This document shows positions 6,524 to 17,100 of a DNA stretch of 64,000 nucleotides, piece after piece; within the stretch, counting starts at the first letter, position 1, and each line of letters opens with the position of its first letter. This stretch comes from an uncultured Candidatus Saccharibacteria bacterium (GTDB taxonomy: Bacteria > Patescibacteriota > Saccharimonadia > Saccharimonadales > JAGQNJ01): assembly GCA_964577565.1 (NCBI GenBank), contig CAZNZL010000001.1, positions 206,566 through 270,565 of the forward strand. Reading direction: 5' to 3'. Position numbers and translations under genes: made by a program. Below the pieces are notes generated by a model. That model was not told where the DNA came from. It made no database searches and was given only the letters and a program-made list of their open reading frames with translations.

Positions 6524-8611
6524 TTACTTAGCGTTTTGAGCAACAATCGCTTCCGCAACATGACTTGGCACGTCTGCGTAGTGGTCAAGTTCCATACTAG
6601 AGCTGGCGCGACCTTGCGTCATAGACCGCAAGTTGGTGGTGTAACCAAACATTTCACCAAGCGGCACAAAGGCGGTAATTTCTTTGATACCAGCCTGCAA
6701 ATCTTCCATTGACTCAATGCGCCCCCGCTTAGAGTTAAGATCACCTATGACATCACCCATAAACTCTTCAGGTGTTACCACAACAACTTTCATAACGGGC
6801 TCAAGAAGCACAGGGTTGGCTTTGCGTACACCTTCTTGTAATGCCATAGAACCGGCAATCTTAAAGGCCATTTCGCTAGAGTCAACATCGTGATAGCTAC
6901 CATCATAAAGTTCAGCTTTAATGTCAACGACTGGATAGCCAGCTAATACACCGTTAGACATAGCCTCTTCAATACCAGCACGCACAGGGTTGATGTACTC
7001 TGCTGGAACCACGCCACCCTTTATAGAGTTAATGAACTCAAAACCTTTACCGGCCTCATTTTGGCTTAGTCGCAACCATACATGACCATATTGACCACGG
7101 CCACCGCTTTGGCGAACGAACTTGCCTTCTACCTCAACGCCATCTTTTCGAATGGTTTCACGGTAGGCTACCTGAGGCTGACCAATGTTTGCATCAACAC
7201 TAAATTCACGCTTCATGCGGTCAACCAAAATCTCAAGGTGAAGTTCACCCATACCACGAATAATAGTCTGACCAGTTTCGTCATCAACATGAACCCTAAA
7301 AGTAGGATCTTCTTCTGCCAGGCGTTGCAGCGCAAGACTCATCTTTTCTTGGTCACTCTTAGTCTTTGGCTCAATAGCAATACTAACAGGCGGCTCTGGG
7401 AAGGTTATGCTCTCGAGCACGATCGGATTGTTTGCATCACACAAGGTGTTACCGGTAGTAGTTCCTTTTAGACCAACAATAGCAGCAATGTCACCGGCAC
7501 CAATTTCAGTGATATCTTCACGCTTGTCTGCTTGCATGCGAACCAAGCGACCGATGCGCTCTTTTTCACCAGTTGAGCTGTTGTATACATATGAACCGGC
7601 CTGAAGTTTACCCGAATACACCCGGAAATAAGCCAATTTACCAACGAACGGATCGGTTGTAATTTTAAAAGCCAGGCCTGCAAGCGGCTCAGACTCTGAA
7701 GTTTTACGTTCAACACTCTCGCCGGTTTTTGGATGCGTACCCCAAACAGAATCTATATCTTTTGGAGACGGCAAAATGTCAACTACAAGATCGAGCACTT
7801 TTTCTACGATCACACCGCGGCCATCACCACCAGTAACTGGGTAGAAATTGCCGCTAATAGTTGCGGTTCGTATTGCTTGGGTAATTTCTTCTTCAGTTAA
7901 GCCGTCTTCACCCACCTCAAAGTACTTCTCTAGCATCGCTTCGTCTTCTGCAACGGCATTTTCAATCAAAAGGCTACGGTATTTCTTGGCTTTATCAAGC
8001 ATATCCTCTGGAATTTCGCCTTCAACTAGCTCTTTGTCGGTATAGTCTTTGTAGGTATATGCCTTCATGCTAATTAAATCAACCACACCGTTTATACTTT
8101 GTTCAAAGCCAATCGGCAAATGAATCGGGAATGATCGCTTACTTAAGCGATTATGAATCGTGTCAAGTGACTTATAAAAATCGCCGCCTGTTTGGTTAAT
8201 TTTGTTAATAAAGCAAATGCGTGGCACGCTGTATTTATCAGCTTGTCGCCAAACGGTTTCAGATTGCGATTCAACACCCATCTTACCGTCAAAAACAACC
8301 ACAGCACCGTCAAGAACACGAAGCGAGCGCTCTACCTCAACAGTAAAGTCAATGTGCCCCGGTGTGTCGATAATGTTTACTTGGTGATCTTTCCAGAAGC
8401 AGGTTACGGCAGCAGATACAATCGTAATACCGCGCTCTCGTTCTTGCGCCATCCAGTCGGTTGTCGACTCACCTTCATGAGTTGTACCAATTTTGTGTTT
8501 GATACCAGTACGATACAAGATACCTTCTGTTGTGGTAGTCTTACCCGCGTCAATGTGGGCAATGATACCAATGTTTCTAATTTTATCTAATGCGTATTTT
8601 TTTGCTGCCAT
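6524..8611 (-). CDS. fusA: Elongation factor G
   Basis: 695 aa with [17 protein letters not shown] and NKINQ motifs, plus EF-G domains IV/V. AGGAGA SD. Confidence 0.99.
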   Translation of the reverse strand: MAAKKYALDKIRNIGIIAHIDAGKTTTTEGILYRTGIKHKIGTTHEGESTTDWMAQERERGITIVSAAVTCFWKDHQVNIIDTPGHIDFTVEVERSLRVLDGAVVVFDGKMGVESQSETVWRQADKYSVPRICFINKINQTGGDFYKSLDTIHNRLSKRSFPIHLPIGFEQSINGVVDLISMKAYTYKDYTDKELVEGEIPEDMLDKAKKYRSLLIENAVAEDEAMLEKYFEVGEDGLTEEEITQAIRTATISGNFYPVTGGDGRGVIVEKVLDLVVDILPSPKDIDSVWGTHPKTGESVERKTSESEPLAGLAFKITTDPFVGKLAYFRVYSGKLQAGSYVYNSSTGEKERIGRLVRMQADKREDITEIGAGDIAAIVGLKGTTTGNTLCDANNPIVLESITFPEPPVSIAIEPKTKSDQEKMSLALQRLAEEDPTFRVHVDDETGQTIIRGMGELHLEILVDRMKREFSVDANIGQPQVAYRETIRKDGVEVEGKFVRQSGGRGQYGHVWLRLSQNEAGKGFEFINSIKGGVVPAEYINPVRAGIEEAMSNGVLAGYPVVDIKAELYDGSYHDVDSSEMAFKIAGSMALQEGVRKANPVLLEPVMKVVVVTPEEFMGDVIGDLNSKRGRIESMEDLQAGIKEITAFVPLGEMFGYTTNLRSMTQGRASSSMELDHYADVPSHVAEAIVAQNAK

Positions 8612-8622
8612 TCATTTCTCCT

Positions 8623-8964
8623 TTAATATGCTGATGTCCTTTTGAGTACGAGATTCGAAACAGTGTTCATTGCGGGACATGCAACAAGTGCATCTTCTAT
8701 TGTTTCTGAGCCATCTCTCCCAGGACATTGATCGTATATCCGAGAGACTTCCTCTAAGCTTACGCTTTCATGAACCACTAAAGTATCAAGTCCCCTACGA
8801 TTTGTCTCCACAAAGCACATCACTAGATCTCCTAGCACTCTTTCCTTACCGCCTCTTAAGATTCCTAAAAGAGAAGGTTGCCTTACCGTTAAGGATCTTT
8901 CTAGTGTGTCCTCATTCCCCATGCGGCACCCATGACAGCGCTCAACTTCAATTCTACTTGCCAT
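8623..8964 (-). CDS. Hypothetical Cys-containing protein (113 aa; CHGC, QCPG, ACP)
   Basis: The ORF fills the whole rpsG-fusA gap. It starts 3 nt after the rpsG stop, and its stop is followed immediately by the fusA SD. Its Arg codon usage differs from neighbouring genes. Confidence 0.55.
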   Translation of the reverse strand: MASRIEVERCHGCRMGNEDTLERSLTVRQPSLLGILRGGKERVLGDLVMCFVETNRRGLDTLVVHESVSLEEVSRIYDQCPGRDGSETIEDALVACPAMNTVSNLVLKRTSAY

Positions 8965-8967
8965 TTT

Positions 8968-9444
8968 TTACCTAGCAAAGTGAGCGAAGGCGCGGTTGGC
9001 TTCTGCCATTTTGTGCGTGTCTTCACGTTTTTTAACTGCCGTACCGGTATTGTTGTACGCATCCATTAACTCTTGAGCGATGCGGTCTTCCATACTCATG
9101 CCTTTACGAGCGCGAGCAGCTTGCACAAACCACATAATGGTAAGGTGTTGTTGGCGCTGACCTTTAACCTCAAACGGAATCTGATAGTTAGCACCACCTA
9201 CACGTCGTGAACGAGTCTCTAAGTGCGGCTGGACGTTCTTCATTGCTTGTTCAAATACTTCGAGCGGATTTTTAACTTTTAGTTTGTCGGCAGCTTTTTG
9301 CATACCACCGTACACAAGGCGTTCGGCAATTTGCTTTTTACCGTTTAGCATCACGCGATTAATAACTTTTTGAACCTGAACGCTGTTATACAAACGATCT
9401 GGCGCAACTTCTCGAACTAAACTCTTTGTCTTTTTTCTCGGCAT
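8968..9444 (-). CDS. rpsG: 30S ribosomal protein S7
   Basis: 158 aa. The N- and C-terminal sequences are typical S7. GGAGGTGA SD. Confidence 0.97.
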   Translation of the reverse strand: MPRKKTKSLVREVAPDRLYNSVQVQKVINRVMLNGKKQIAERLVYGGMQKAADKLKVKNPLEVFEQAMKNVQPHLETRSRRVGGANYQIPFEVKGQRQQHLTIMWFVQAARARKGMSMEDRIAQELMDAYNNTGTAVKKREDTHKMAEANRAFAHFAR

Positions 9445-9677
9445 TAAACTTCACCTCCAACCCTAAGAACCTCACCTAAATCTACTGCTGTTGACTCTTC
9501 TCCAAGCCCTAAATCATGCCAAAGTTGAGCCGGACAATCAGCTTCTTCTACTAAAGATGCCTTGCCTACTTCTTTAAACATGGGTACAAGCTTTTTTTCA
9601 CAGTAGTCAGGACCCATGATGTCTATTGCGATCCCTTGAATAGGACAAACCGAATTCTTACCACATTCAAAGCCCAT
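9444..9677 (-). CDS. Hypothetical small acidic Cys-Pro motif protein (77 aa)
   Basis: It fills the rpsL-rpsG spacer exactly. The ATG is 2 nt after the rpsL stop, and the stop overlaps the rpsG ATG (TAATG). The rpsG SD is encoded by its last codons (GGEV). Motifs VCPIQG and DCPAQ. Confidence 0.5.
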   Translation of the reverse strand: MGFECGKNSVCPIQGIAIDIMGPDYCEKKLVPMFKEVGKASLVEEADCPAQLWHDLGLGEESTAVDLGEVLRVGGEV

Positions 9678-9679
9678 AC

Positions 9680-10093
9680 TTATTTACCTGCCTTTTTCGT
9701 ACCGTATTTAGAGCGGCCTTGCTTGCGGTTTTCTACACCCTGAAGGTCGAGCGCACCACGAACAATGTGGTAGCGTACACCCGGTAGGTCCTTTACGCGG
9801 CCACCGCGAATCATAACAACCGCGTGCTCTTGCAGGTTGTGGCCTTCACCACCAATGTAAGCCCATACTTCATGACCGTTTTGCAAACGAACACGAGCTA
9901 CTTTTCGAAGCGCTGAGTTTGGCTTTTTTGGTGTTTTGGTGGTTACCTTTACACACACACCGCGCTTAAATGGTGATGGCTTTTCGTAGTTGTTGTTTTT
10001 AAGATTGTTAACCACGCGATGAAGCGCAGGTGATTTTGATTTACTATGCACCTTCTTGCGTGGCTTTCTAACTAGTTGATTAATTGTTGGCAC
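9680..10093 (-). CDS. rpsL: 30S ribosomal protein S12 (GTG start)
   Basis: [12 protein letters not shown]...[15 protein letters not shown]...[21 protein letters not shown] is canonical S12. The start codon reads GTG, with AAGGAG 6 nt upstream. Confidence 0.97.
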   Translation of the reverse strand: MPTINQLVRKPRKKVHSKSKSPALHRVVNNLKNNNYEKPSPFKRGVCVKVTTKTPKKPNSALRKVARVRLQNGHEVWAYIGGEGHNLQEHAVVMIRGGRVKDLPGVRYHIVRGALDLQGVENRKQGRSKYGTKKAGK

Positions 10094-10187
10094 TTATACT
10101 CCTTTAAAGTTTGTGATCTGCTGCAGCAGTGCGAATGCCTGCGCACTGGCTCGAACCACTTAGTTTAACCTGGTTATTTTAACACCT

Positions 10188-13100
10188 TTAGGCGTCAACT
10201 TCAACCTCTTGATCTTCTTTCTTCTTGGCATAGGCATTATATCCTGTACCTACCGGAATCATACGGCCCAAGATAACATTTTCTTTCAAACCATACAGAT
10301 GATCGACCTTGCCACTGGTTGCCGCGCTAATGAGTACACGGGTTGTGTCCTGAAAGCTCGCAGCACTCAAGAACGATTCGGTTGAAAGCGAAGCTTTAGT
10401 AATACCAAGTAGTAATTGGTTGTACTGAATCTGCTCTTTGCCAACTTTAGCCAATTTTTCGTTTTCTTCTTGGACGGCAATTTTACTGACAATATCGCCG
10501 GTAATGAAGTCGCTGTCACCGGCGTCTTCAATTTGTACGCGAGAAAACATTTGTCGCACAATAATTTCAAGGTGCTTATCGGCAATATTTTGGCCCTGGC
10601 TGGCAAAAATCTTCAAGATTTCGTTCATGATGTAGCGCTGTGTAGCCTCTACACCTTGCAGACGCATTAACTCGTGAAGGTTGATTGAACCGTTTGTCAG
10701 GCGTTGTCCGGCAACAACCTCATCGCCATCTTTAACCTGCAACTGCTTGTAACCAGGGATCTCATAGCGCACGACACTTTGCTTGCTTGGCGTAATGAAG
10801 ATTGATCTCTTGGTAACCTTAACTTTGCCGGCCACCGGTGCAATGAGCGGGTTCGCGCCTTCTTCTTCAGACGCCATAACATCGCCAATGTTAACATTTG
10901 AACCGTTTTTGATCTCTACCTTGCGTCCGTTCAGCGGGTATTCAACTGACGCGTCATCTTTAGCGGTAATTTCAACGATATAGTGGTCGCCTTCTTCCCA
11001 GGTTTTTACGACACCAGAAATGTCGGCTAGGAACGCCTGGCCTTTAGGTGTACGTACCTCAAACAGCTCTTCAACTCGAGGTAAACCGGTCGTAATGTCT
11101 TCACCAGCTACACCACCCGAGTGGAAGGTTCTGAGTGTCAACTGCGTACCTGGTTCGCCAATACTCTGAGCGGCAATAACTCCAACGGGGTGGTATTTTG
11201 CAACGATATCACCGGTGGCAGGGTCAAGGCCGTAGCTTTCGCGACTTATACCGCGCACACTGCTACAACTTAAGACACTCATAATGCGCACTGTATCGAT
11301 GTTTTTATCGCTATCGATAGCAAGGGCAACTTCTGGGCTAATCAGCTCGCCAGCTTTAACATGACCCTTAACAGCTTCTGCTGTAAAGCGGCCTTCAAGC
11401 CGAGAAGCAAAGGTAACGCCAATTTCTTCAGAGTCGGCACGGTAAATTGCAAAGCCTGGGTCTTCACACTCCTCGTCAGTTGTGAAGACGTCTTGGCTAA
11501 CGTCTACCAAGCGACGCGTCAAGTAACCTGAGTCCGCGGTCTTAAGTGCCGTGTCAATCATACCCTTACGGGCGCCGCGTGTTGCGGTAAAGTATTCAAG
11601 CGGACTAAAACCATACTTATAGTTTGATTTCACCGGCAATTCAATAGTGCGTCCTGTTGCATCTGCAACTGGGCCCAACATGCCTACGGCTGTTTTTACC
11701 TGACCAATATTACCACGAGCACCAGAGACAACAGCGGTAGACATAGCGCTGTCTTCGTTAGCAAATTGCTCGCTTAAGGTTTTTTGCACTTCACTGTCAA
11801 CATCTTGCCATGTTTCAATGGTTAAACGGTATCGCTCTTCATCGGTAATGAAACCCTGTTCGTACTGGTCGCTGATGTTGGCAACGCGTTCTTCGCCTCG
11901 TTCTAATATTGCTGCCAGTTCGGGCAGATCGGTAAAGTCATCCATACCCAAGCTCAAGCCTGACTGGGTCGCATACTTAAAACCAATGTCTTTTAAGTCA
12001 TCGGCAATGTACGCGGTTTTATCTTGGCCATAGCGCTGATAAACCTTTGACATGACGTTTGACAGCTTCTTTTTTGTCATGGTTTCGTCTTGGAACGGAA
12101 AATCTTCAGGGAAGATCTCATTAAACAGCAACCTACCCAGCGTTGTATTGCGCATTTCGCCGCGGAACGGTACCATCACACGGCTTTGCAGCTGGATTTT
12201 ACCAGCATCATACGCCATGAGTGCTTCGGCTAGATTTACAAACGGCTGAGCCTCATTTGAAGCACCCATGCGTTCGTAGGTTAAGTAGTAGCAGCCTAGT
12301 ACTATATCCTGGTCAATATGAAGAATTGGTGATCCGTCAGCTGGTTTTAATAGGTTCTTGTTTGAGGCCATGATCTCTCGCGCTTCTGTTTGTGCTGCGT
12401 CTGATAGCGGTAAATGTACGGCCATTTGGTCGCCGTCAAAGTCAGCGTTAAAACCTTTACATACCAGTGGGTGAAGCTGAATAGCCTTACCTTCAATCAA
12501 AACAGGCTGAAAAGCCTGAACACTCAAGCGGTGTAATGATGGCGCTCGGTTTAGAAGGACATATTTACCTTTAATGACTTCATCTAGGGCGTCCCAAACG
12601 GCAGTTTCACCCGCCTCGATCATTCTAGTTGCTGACCTAATATTATGAGCAAATTCATTAGAAATGAGGTGGCCAATCACAAATGGCTTAAATAGCTCCA
12701 AGGCCATCATTTTTGGCAGACCACACTGGTTAATTTTAAGTTCAGGACCAGCAACGATCACCGAACGACCAGAGTAGTCTACGCGCTTACCAAGTAAGTT
12801 TTGACGAAAACGACCTTGCTTACCCTTAAGCATATCGCTGAGTGATTTTAGACGTCGGCGCTGGCCAGTAGCTGCCACTGCGCGCCCACTACGAGCATTG
12901 CCGTTATCAATTAAAGCATCAACAGCTTCTTGAAGCATGCGTTGCTCATTACGCCGAATAACCTCAGGGGCATTCAATTCAATGAGTTTCTTCAAGCGAT
13001 TATTACGGTTAATAACACGACGGTAAAGATCGTTTAGGTCTGAGGTTGCAAAACGGCCACCCGTTAATTGAACCATCGGTCGGAGATCAGGAGGAATTAC

Positions 13101-13997
13101 CGGCAAAACCGTTAAGCACATAGAATTAGGCTTAATATCTGCTTGCTCCATACTTTCAAGCAAGCGCAAGCGCTTCATTAGTTTCTTTTTGCGCTGACCT
13201 TTCGCTTCTTCAGCTTCTGCGGTGAGGTCTTTAATTAGCTTCTTCAGATCAATTTGATCAAGTAGGTCTTTTAAGGCTGTACCACCCATACCGACCTCGA
13301 TGATATCTGCTAATTCATCTGGTAAATTGTGGTAGTCACTTTCGCTAATAAGGTTAAGCTTAACCAATGAATCAACCTGAGCCTTAAAGGTTTCAAAGCT
13401 TTGCGTAATCTCTTCGAGCTCTTTGGTACGCATTTCTGCCAAAGCCTTAACGTTGGCATCGTCTTTTGCAGCCTCTGCTTCATAGCGAGCTTTGATTGCT
13501 TCTTGTGCGGCAGCAAATTCTGCCTCTTTGTCTGCTAGTAGCTGGTCTCGCTTAGCTTCATCAACAGACTTAATGATATAGCTCGCAAAGTAGGCGACCC
13601 GTTCTAGGTTTTTTACCGTTAAGCCTAGGAGTAACCCTACGGCTGATGGTGTACCACGAAGAAACCAAATATGCGCTACGGGGCTTGCTAAACTAATATG
13701 ACCCATGCGCTCACGTCGAACAATTGATTTGGTGACGATTTCGCCATTTTTATCAACTGCCGCCTCACGAGAACGAACACCTTTATATTTTGCGTCATGG
13801 GGGTTTATATCTTTGACGGGGCCAAAGATGCGCTCACAGAATAGACCATCACGCTCTGGTTTTTGTGTTCGATAGTTAATAGTCTCTGGTTTTGTGACCT
13901 CGCCATGTGACCAATCTAAAATGTCATCTGCACTTGCTACCGCAAGGCGAACAGCATCAAAGTCTGAGATGGTGGGGCCGCTAGAGTAACGTCGCAT
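10188..13997 (-). CDS. rpoC: DNA-directed RNA polymerase subunit beta'
   Basis: 1269 aa with the [12 protein letters not shown] catalytic motif. Confidence 0.99.
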   Translation of the reverse strand: MRRYSSGPTISDFDAVRLAVASADDILDWSHGEVTKPETINYRTQKPERDGLFCERIFGPVKDINPHDAKYKGVRSREAAVDKNGEIVTKSIVRRERMGHISLASPVAHIWFLRGTPSAVGLLLGLTVKNLERVAYFASYIIKSVDEAKRDQLLADKEAEFAAAQEAIKARYEAEAAKDDANVKALAEMRTKELEEITQSFETFKAQVDSLVKLNLISESDYHNLPDELADIIEVGMGGTALKDLLDQIDLKKLIKDLTAEAEEAKGQRKKKLMKRLRLLESMEQADIKPNSMCLTVLPVIPPDLRPMVQLTGGRFATSDLNDLYRRVINRNNRLKKLIELNAPEVIRRNEQRMLQEAVDALIDNGNARSGRAVAATGQRRRLKSLSDMLKGKQGRFRQNLLGKRVDYSGRSVIVAGPELKINQCGLPKMMALELFKPFVIGHLISNEFAHNIRSATRMIEAGETAVWDALDEVIKGKYVLLNRAPSLHRLSVQAFQPVLIEGKAIQLHPLVCKGFNADFDGDQMAVHLPLSDAAQTEAREIMASNKNLLKPADGSPILHIDQDIVLGCYYLTYERMGASNEAQPFVNLAEALMAYDAGKIQLQSRVMVPFRGEMRNTTLGRLLFNEIFPEDFPFQDETMTKKKLSNVMSKVYQRYGQDKTAYIADDLKDIGFKYATQSGLSLGMDDFTDLPELAAILERGEERVANISDQYEQGFITDEERYRLTIETWQDVDSEVQKTLSEQFANEDSAMSTAVVSGARGNIGQVKTAVGMLGPVADATGRTIELPVKSNYKYGFSPLEYFTATRGARKGMIDTALKTADSGYLTRRLVDVSQDVFTTDEECEDPGFAIYRADSEEIGVTFASRLEGRFTAEAVKGHVKAGELISPEVALAIDSDKNIDTVRIMSVLSCSSVRGISRESYGLDPATGDIVAKYHPVGVIAAQSIGEPGTQLTLRTFHSGGVAGEDITTGLPRVEELFEVRTPKGQAFLADISGVVKTWEEGDHYIVEITAKDDASVEYPLNGRKVEIKNGSNVNIGDVMASEEEGANPLIAPVAGKVKVTKRSIFITPSKQSVVRYEIPGYKQLQVKDGDEVVAGQRLTNGSINLHELMRLQGVEATQRYIMNEILKIFASQGQNIADKHLEIIVRQMFSRVQIEDAGDSDFITGDIVSKIAVQEENEKLAKVGKEQIQYNQLLLGITKASLSTESFLSAASFQDTTRVLISAATSGKVDHLYGLKENVILGRMIPVGTGYNAYAKKKEDQEVEVDA

Positions 13998-14107
13998 TAG
14001 TTTACCTCGCTTTCGCTCATTAATGAGACAAGCCTACGGTTTTTCTCATCGCGCAAGGTTTTGAATGAATCAAAACTCTGGCTGCTCTTTTCCCTTTTGA
14101 AAACCAT
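13997..14107 (-). CDS. Intercistronic mini-ORF B (36 aa, MVFKREKSSQSFDSFKTLRDEKNRRLVSLMSESEVN); paralog of mini-ORF A
   Basis: The ATG (14107-14105) overlaps the rpoB stop as TAATG. The stop (13999-13997) overlaps the rpoC ATG as TAATG. The span is 111 nt, in frame. Of the 3 substitutions against copy A in the 77-nt core, 2 are synonymous (CAA/CAG, TCG/TCA) and 1 is F->L. Confidence 0.5.
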   Translation of the reverse strand: MVFKREKSSQSFDSFKTLRDEKNRRLVSLMSESEVN

Positions 14108-17100
14108 TATTTTGCCTCCTCTTCGTCTTCATCGTTAGTGTCGTCATCGTCATCAGCCGATGCAGCCGCTACGCCCGCAGGCATGTGGTCGTCAAGTTCA
14201 ATTAAATCAAACTCGTCGATACCTTCTGCCGCAGTAACGTCAATTTCTGACACTTCTGGTGCCGGTACATCAACTTCAGATTGGTTGACTGCTTCGTCTT
14301 TAATGTTTTCAGCTAGAATTGCTTCGGCATCAACGGTGGTTTCTGAAGCGATCAGATCCACCTTAAGCCCAAGGCCCTGGAGCTCTTTAACGAGCACGTT
14401 AAAGCTTTCGGGTACCTTAGGACCAACAATCTCAGTCCCTTTAATGATTGACTCATATGCCTTCGAACGGCCATATACATCGTCAGACTTAATTGTCAGC
14501 ATTTCTTGCAGCGTATTTGCTGCACCATATGCCTCGAGGGCCCATACTTCCATCTCACCAAAGCGCTGACCGCCATTTTGAGCTTTACCACCAAGTGGTT
14601 GCTGCGTCACCATAGTGTAGGGGCCAGTTGAACGAGCATGAATCTTATCAACGATCATGTGGTTGAGCTTGATCATATACATGCTGCCAACCGTAGTTCT
14701 CTCAGAAAACGGCTCGCCGGTACGACCATCAAACAGCTGCTGTTTACCATCTTCTGGAAAGCCAGCTTCTTTTAGTAAGTCTTGAATCTTGCTAATTGGG
14801 ACACCGTTGAATGATGGCGAGGCAACATGTATACCAAGGGCACGAGCCGCCATACCAAGGTGGGTTTCAAACAACTGCCCAATATTCATACGCGACGGCA
14901 CACCTAGCGGGTTCAGCAAAATATCAACAGGAGTGCCATCTTCCATGAACGGCATGTCTTCAACAGGCAATATACGTGCAATCACACCCTTGTTACCGTG
15001 TCGACCACCTAATTTGTCACCAACTGCAATTTTACGCATTTGGGCCACAAAGACCTGAATTTGCATAATCACGCCAGCTTTTAACTCATGGCCGTTTTCG
15101 CGGCTAAAGACCTTTACGCCCACAACCTTGCCGTGCTTGCCGTTACTCATACGCTGAGAGGTATCGCGAACATCTTTAGCTTTTTCGCCAAAAATGGCTC
15201 GCAGTAAGCGCTCTTCGCTCGAAAGCTCTTGCTCGCCTTTAGGGGTAATCTTACCTACTAAGATATCGCCAGGATGCACATCAGCGCCAATACGTACAAT
15301 ACCGTCTTCATCAAGATGACGCAGAGCTTCTTCGGACACGTTTGGAATGTCTCGTGTAACTATTTCAGGGCCGAGCTTAGTCTCGCGAACCTCAGTCATA
15401 TAATCAACGATATGAATCGATGTTAACGTATCGTCCTCAACTAAGCGGCGTGAAACAATAATAGCGTCCTCAAAGTTGTAGCCCTTCCATGGCATGAACG
15501 CAGCTATAACATCTTTACCAAGTGCTAGTTCGCCGCCATCAATGGACATCCCTTCAATAAGAATATCGCCTGTCTTAACTTTATCGCCACTATTTACGAC
15601 AACCCTTTGGTTTATACATGAGCCTTCATTGCTGCGCACAAAGTGTTGCGGATAGTAATGCACCTTTCCAGCATTCTTGTACTTCACAATAACTTCAGAA
15701 GCGGTTGCTGATAAAACTTCACCGTCTTCTTCAGCCTGAACGAGCTGGCCGGTGTTTCGTGCCACTACCGATTCTAAGCCGGTTCCAACAATAGGCCGCG
15801 ATGGACTGATTAGAGGCACGGCCTGGCGTTGCTGGTTACTACCCATTAAGCTTCGGTACACGTAGTTCTTTTCAATAAACGGAATTAAACCAGCACTTGA
15901 ACCAATGATTTGCCGCTTTGAAGCATCAATATGAGTAATATCATCGGCGTCTACCTCACCTGAAATCAAACGATTTCGTGCCGAAACACGCTCGTTTACA
16001 AAGTAGCGTTCATCTGTCAATTCCTCGCTACCGCTTGCAATAACAGCTTGCTCTTCTTCAGCCGCATCGAGATACTCAACTTTTTTGGTAACCTTCGCTT
16101 TTACTGGCCAAGATTTTTGATTTTTAACCGAGGCCAGTTTTTTAACGTCAGCTGCTGTAATGGTTGAACCGGCCTTAACCAGTACCTTACCATTTTCGTC
16201 TTCAAGATTAACACGAGCTATGTGGCCTACAGCCTCTTTAGGCGTAACGGCATTTTGCACCTTAAGGTAGGGGGTTTCAATGAAACCATATTCATTAATT
16301 CGTGCATACATACCCAGGTTTAAAACCAAGCCAATATTAGCGCCTTCTGGCGTCTCTACGGCACATATGCGTCCGTAGTGCGTGGCATGGGCATCGCGAA
16401 CTTCAAAACCGGCACGCTCGCGACTTAACCCGCCAGGACCCATTGAACTTAGACGTCTTTTATGCGCCAATTCGCTCAAGGGGTTAATCTGATCCATAAA
16501 CTGAGAAAGCTGTGAGCTGGCAAAAAACTCACGTACTGCTGCCACAACAGGCCGCGCGTTAATGAGTTGTCCAGGTGTTACGGTCTCGATCTCGCTCATA
16601 CTCATTCTGTCTTTTGTGTTTCGCTCCATACGAAGTAAACCGATACGGAATTGGCGTTGTACGAGCTCACCAACCAACTTAACACGTCGATTAGCAAGGC
16701 TATCAATGTCGTCGGCTGGCTCTTGTGTATTATTGAGGCGAATAACCTCAGCCACAATAGCAACAAGATCGTCAATGCGCATTACACGGTTTTCAGCAGT
16801 GTTTGGCACATCAAGATTAAGGCGCTTATTGATTTTGTAACGCCCAACACGGCTAAAATCAAAGCGCTTAAAGTTATAGAACATGTTTTCAAGAAGTGAG
16901 CGTGCGTTATCAACGGTAGCTAAATCGCCCGGACGTAAGCGACGATAAACCTCAATTAGTGCCTCGTTGGTACCTTTAGCCGGATCTTTATCGAGGGTTG
17001 CTGTAATAAAGCTATCTTTTCCTTGATCTACGTGTGCAAAGCTTTCTTTAATCCTAGCCTCTGTGAGGCCTAACGCGCGTAGTAAGGTAGTAACAGGAAT

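Noticed and set aside
8670-8975. 101-aa plus-strand ORF antisense to the 113-aa orphan between rpsG and fusA.
   Set aside because: It opposes the direction of the whole operon. It overlaps the rpsG stop and has no promoter or SD. The minus-strand ORF is tightly coupled to its neighbours.
10094-10187. Palindrome CTGCTGCAGCAG and hairpin AGTGCG-N8-CGCACT in the rpoC-rpsL spacer, considered as a possible terminator or a mini-ORF like copies A and B.
   Set aside because: No U-tract follows the hairpin. There is no TAATG junction and no open frame bridging rpoC and rpsL. It is probably just spacer structure.
14138-14569. Many plus-strand ORFs of 60-170 aa lie inside rpoB, rpoC, fusA, tuf, clpC, dnaE and similar genes. 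Examples are 14138-14569, 4797-5318, 7082-7471, 8192-8590 and 34619-35035.
   Set aside because: They are antisense to long, well-supported conserved genes. Their low-complexity Ser/Thr/Leu-rich translations are typical of shadow frames, and they have no start-site signals.
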